DNA of 64,000 nt, taken from the NCBI RefSeq assembly GCF_009914755.1, contig NC_060930.1; one strand, 5' to 3'. The stretch comes from the human T2T-CHM13v2.0 reference genome, Homo sapiens. Below the pieces are notes generated by a model. The model was not told the origin of the DNA and did not search any database. It saw only the letters and a program-made list of their open reading frames with translations. The first letter of the stretch is position 1, and every line of letters starts with the position of its first letter. This document shows positions 58,507 to 64,000 of this stretch, one piece after another. The position numbers and the translations under genes are program-made.

Positions 58507-60838
58507 TGTATTAGTCCATTTTCACACTGCTATAAATAACTACCTCAGACTGGGTAATTTATAAAGAAAATAAGTTTAATCGAGTCACAATTCTGTATGG
58601 CTGAGGGGACCTCAGGAAACTTACAATTATGGCAGAAAGCAAAGGGGAAGCAAGGCATGTCTTACATGGGAGCAGGAGAGAGAGAGAGATGGGGAACTGT
58701 CAAACAATTTTAAACCATCAGATCTCATGAGAACTCACTCACTATCATGGGAACACCATGGGGGAACTACACCCATAATCCAATTACTAACCACCATGTC
58801 GCTCCCTTGACATGTGGAGATTACATCTGAAGATGAGATTTGGGTGGGGACACAGAACCAAACCATATCATTCTGCCCCTGGCCCTTACCAAATCTTGTC
58901 CTACTCACATTTCCAAACATAATCATTTCTTTCCAACAGTTTCCCAAAGTCTTAAGTCATCCCAGCATTAACCCCAGAGTCCACGTCCAAAGTCTCATCT
59001 GAGACAAGAGAAGTCACTTTCACCTATGAGCCTGTAAAATAAAAAACAAGTTACTTACTTCCAAGATACAATGGAAGTGCAGGCACTGAGTAAATGTTCC
59101 CATTCCAAAAGGAAGAAATTGGCCAAAGCAAAGGGGCTACAGGCCCCATGCAAATCTGAAAACCAAGAGAGAAGCCATTAAATCTGAAAGCTCCAAAGTA
59201 ATAACTTTTGACTCCGTGTCTCACATCCAGGGCAAGCTGATGCAAGAGATGGGCTCCCAGGGCCTTCAGCAGCTCTGCCCCTGTGGCTCTGCAGTGTACA
59301 GTTTCCATAGCTGCTTTCACAGGATGGTGCTGAGTGCCTATGTGTTTTTCAGGCAAATGGTGTTAGCTGTTGGTTGATCTACCATTCTCGGGTCTAGAGG
59401 ATTGTGTCACTCTTCTCACAGCTCCACTAGGCAGTGCCCCAATGGAGACTCTGTGTGGGGGCTCCAACCCCACATTTTTGCTCTGTACTGCCATAGCAGA
59501 AGTTCTCCATCCCTGAAGTAGACTTCTGCCTGCACATCTAGGCTTTTCTATACATCCTCTGAAATCTAGGTGGATGTTCTCAAACATAAATTCTTGACTT
59601 CTGTGCACCTGCAGGCCCTACACCACGTGACAGCCACTAAGTGTTGGGGCTTGCACCCTCTAAAGCAGTGACCCAAGCTGAGCCTTGGTCTCTTTTAGCC
59701 ACAGCTGGAGCTGGAGTGGCTGGGATGCAGGGCACCATGTCCCGAGGCTGCACAGAGCAATAGGGTGCTGGGCCTGGACCATGAAACCATTTTTCACTCC
59801 TAAGCCCCTTGGCCTGTGATGGGAGAGGCTGCCATGAAGATCTCTGAAATGCCCTGGAGACATGTTTCACATTTTCTTGGCTATTAACATTTGGCTGTTC
59901 ATTACTTATGCAAGTTTCTGTAGCCAGCTTGAATTTCTGCTCAGAAAATGCATTTTTCTTTTCTACCACATGGTCAGGCTTCAAATTTTCCAAGCTTTTA
60001 CACTCTGCTTCCCTTTTACATCCAATTCAGATTATCTTTTTGTGAATGCATATAACTATATCCTTTTAGAAACAAACATGTCACCTCTTGGATGCTTTGC
60101 TGCTTATAAATTTATTCTGCCAGATACCTTAAATCATCTCTCTCAAGTTCAAAGTTCTACAGATCTCTAGGGCAGGGGAAAAATGTTGCCAGTCTCTTTG
60201 CTAAAGCATAGCAAGAGTGACCTTTGCTCCAGTTCTCAGTAAGTTTCTCATCTTCATCTGAGACCACCTCAGCTTGGACTTAACTGTCCATATCACTATC
60301 AGCATTTTGGTCAAAACCATTCAACAAGTCTCTAGGAAGTTCCAAACTTTCCCTCATCTTTCTTCTTCTCAGCCCACCACATATTTTCAACCTCTGTCTG
60401 TTTCCAGTTCCAAATTTGCTTCCACATTTTCTCACTCTCTGCAGTTTCTCACTCTCTGCAGGACCCATTTTCTGTATTAGTCGATTTTCACACTGCTATA
60501 AAGAGCTACCTAAGACTGGGTAATTTATAAAGAAAATAGGTTTTATTGACACGTACTTGAACGTGGCTGGGGAGGCCTCAGGAAACTTACAATCATGGCA
60601 GAAGGCAAAGAGGAAGCAAGGCATATCTTACATGGTGGCAGGAGAGAGAGAGAGCGAGGGAGAAGTGACACATTTTTAAATCATCAGATATTGTGAGAAC
60701 TCACTCACTGTCACTAGAACAGCATGGAAGAAATCTGCTCTCATGATCCAATCACCTCCCACCAGATCCTTCTTCTGACCCCACATGAGGATTACAATTT
60801 GAGATGAGATTTGGGTAGGCCCACAGAGCCACCCAACA
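58507..60838 (-). mobile_element. Complete THE1D-like MaLR provirus (LTR 58507-58870, internal 58871-60472, LTR 60473-~60838)
   Basis: Both LTRs begin tgtattagtc.attttcacactgctataaa on the + strand; ~1.6-kb internal region with THE1/MST-int motifs. Confidence 0.9.
59051..60468 (-). pseudogene. Decayed MaLR internal ORF fragments
   Basis: Minus-strand fragments ESLELPRDLLNGFDQNADSDMD, ENLKPDHVVEKKN, NVGLEPPHRV match the recalled THE1/MST internal ORF. Confidence 0.75.
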
Positions 60839-61182
60839 TTGGCAACAACTATAGATATTTTGTGTACACAGGTTGTGAGGGATTTTCTGATGATGTAAAA
60901 TCTTTTTAACATTAAACTATTGAAATTATTTAAGTATAAATAAATTTCAATAAATACTGTAGATCAATATACATTTGAAAGATAAAAACAAATACAAGAA
61001 ACTATTTGACGGGAGGTGCCACCTGCTAATTCATTCTATAGGTGAAGAAGGAGAAAGCATTTCTAATTATTCTTTATAAACACATATAAATGAATGACAG
61101 AAGCTAATGGCTCATGCCAAGTAAATCCAACTTGGTAGTAAAATGAGCCAAAGAATTGCCATGGTATAAAAATTTCTTCAAC

Positions 61183-61306
61183 TGTGGTCCCAGCTACTCA
61201 GGAAGCTGAGGTAGATTACTTGAGCCTGGGAGATTGAGGCTGCAATGAGTCATAATCACACCACTGTACTCTAACCTGGGCAAATGAGTGAGACACTGTC
61301 TAAAAA
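61183..61306 (+). mobile_element. Alu right-arm fragment (J/FRAM-like)
   Basis: ctgtggtcccagctactcaggaagctgagg...cttgagcctgggagattgaggctgcaatgag. Confidence 0.85.
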
Positions 61307-61405
61307 TATATTTTCTTTATATTTATCAGATTTAGTGAGATCAAAAATGTCAATTATGAAAACTAATAAACAAGTCTTTATCTTTTGCCATGTTTATGAA
61401 ATTCA

Positions 61406-62110
<705 letters not shown>

Positions 62111-62749
62111 TTTTGTTACGTTTGGGGGGTCTTGGTTGATCCTATTTAACCAGCTTGCCAGCAATGACATTTCACCTTAAGTTCAATTCATGTCAACAAT
62201 GAGTTTTAGACACTTTCTGATGTTCAGGCAGTTTATTCTGGCAGTGCTCTTACAAGATACATAGTGGGAGAAGGCTGGATTCATGGTGCTGATACACTCA
62301 AGGGTCAGATGACCAACTGCTTGGGGTCTCCATCTGAGACATTCTCAGAGTTTAGGGAATTTTCCCCCCTTTCATATACCTGTATTTGGTCTGAGTCAGT
62401 TATCAGGCATTTCCTTCATTAAAAGATTTTAAGCTATTCTTGTAAAGGTGAACTTTGTTTTAAGGCTCATGAAAGTTGCATCTGTGCTGAGGTGGCCTTG
62501 TTTCTAGAGCATCCAGATGTTTTGGGCTGGTGGTCATAGGAACCTAGTAATCCCTGGGCCAGTTTTGAAAATCACCAGGCCACCTGTTATATCATACTTC
62601 TACATGACACATAGTGTAGCCCCTACAAGATGCTAAAATGGACCTCATGTCTATAATTAACCTTATAGCCATATCTCTCATAATATATTACAACCTTAGA
62701 GTAATAATCTATTAATATATATTTGGAGTTTTATCAACTGAGAGATCAT

Positions 62750-64000
62750 TATATTAGTCCACTATCACACTGCTATAAAGACATACGCAAGACTGAGTAA
62801 TTTATAAAGGGAAGAGGTTTAACTGACTCACAGCTTCACACAGCTGGTAAGGCCTCAGGAAACTTCAGGGTGGAAGGTGAGAGAGAAGTAAAGGCACATC
62901 TTACATGGTGGCAGGTGAGAGAGAGCAAATGAGTGAAGGGAGAGGAGCCCCTTATAAAACCATCAGATCTTGTGAGAACTCACTATCATGGGAAAAGCAT
63001 GGGGAAAACCGTCCCCACCAAACCAATCACATCCCACCAAGTTCCTCCCTTCATACCTGGGGATTATGGAGATTACAATTTGAGATGAGATTTGGGTGAG
63101 GACACAGAGCCAAACCACATCATTCCATCCTTACCCTCCCAAATCTTATGCCTTTTCATGTTTTAAAACCAATCATGCCTTCCCAACAGTCCCCTAAAGT
63201 CTTAACTCATTTCAGCATTAACTCAAAAGTCCACAGTCCAAAGACTCATTGGAGACAAGGCAAGTCCCATCTGCCTATAAGCCTATAAAATCAAAAGCAA
63301 GTTAGTCACTTCCAAGACACAATAGGGGTGCAGGCATTGGGTAAATATTCTTATTTCAAATGGAAGAAATTGGCCAAAACAAAGGGGCTACAGGCCCCAT
63401 ACAAGTCCAAAATCCAGGGGGACAGTCAAATCTTAAAGCTCTGAAATGATCTTTGACTCCATGTCTCACATCCAGGTCATGCTGATGTAAGAGGGGAATT
63501 CCCATGGTATTGAGCAGCTCTGCCTCTGTGGATTTGCAGGGTACACCCCCCCTCTCAGGTGCTTTCACAGGCTGGCACTGAGTGTCTTTGGCTTTTCCAA
63601 CTGCACAGTGGACTTACCATTCTGGGGTCTGGAGGACAGTGGCCACTCCTCACAGCTCCACTAGACAGTGCCCCTAAGAAGACTCTGTGTGAGGGCTCCA
63701 ACCCCACAGTTCCCTTCCACAGCACCCTATCAGAAGTTCTCAATGAGGGCACCACCCCTGCAGAAAACTTCTGCCTAGAGATCCAGGCATTTTGATATAT
63801 CCTCTAAAATCTTGGTGAAGGTTCTCAAACCTCAATTCTTGACTTCTGTGCAGCTGCAGGCCCAACACCACCTATAAGCTGCCAAGGCTTGGGGCTTGCA
63901 CCCTCTGAAGCAATGGCCTGAGCTGTACATTGACCCCTTTTTGCTATGCCTGGGATTCAGAGCACCAACTCCCAAGAGTGTACAAAGCAGCTAGGCTCTA
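62750..64000 (-). mobile_element. THE1D/THE1C-like LTR (62750-63122) plus internal region, cut by the window end
   Basis: tatattagtcc...cacactgctataaag...ggggattatggagattacaatttgagatgagatttggg...caaaccacatca, then int motifs colinear with 58871-59750. Confidence 0.9.

Overview
AT-rich primate nuclear DNA. AluY and an L1PA2-type insertion point to a hominoid, probably human. The window looks intergenic or deep-intronic and is dominated by interspersed repeats. I recognise no host protein-coding exon, rRNA, tRNA, CRISPR array or prokaryotic system, and most of the longer supplied ORFs derive from L1, Alu, MaLR or microsatellite sequence. Main elements: a full-length but dead L1PA5-type LINE-1 (29175-35330); a 5'-inverted (twin-primed) L1PA2-type insertion (17260-18694); an old L1P4/L1PA16-17-type element (about 48800-54836) with two large ORF2 deletions and a THE1D LTR and an AluY nested in it; a complete THE1D-like MaLR provirus plus a second one cut by the window end; MLT2A1, MER57, MLT1 LTRs; about 13 Alus; several MER DNA-transposon fossils. 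The most unusual structures are (i) an array of about ten ~112-bp monomers with an apparent 4-monomer higher-order period in the old L1 5'UTR, (ii) a ~380-bp L1PA7-like insertion combining a 15-bp 5' inversion with an Alu-derived 3' transduction, and (iii) a palindromic templated insertion that replaced the polyA signal of the MLT2A1 LTR. I found no convincing new biological system. Repeat subfamily names come from recalled consensus sequences and need RepeatMasker/Dfam confirmation.
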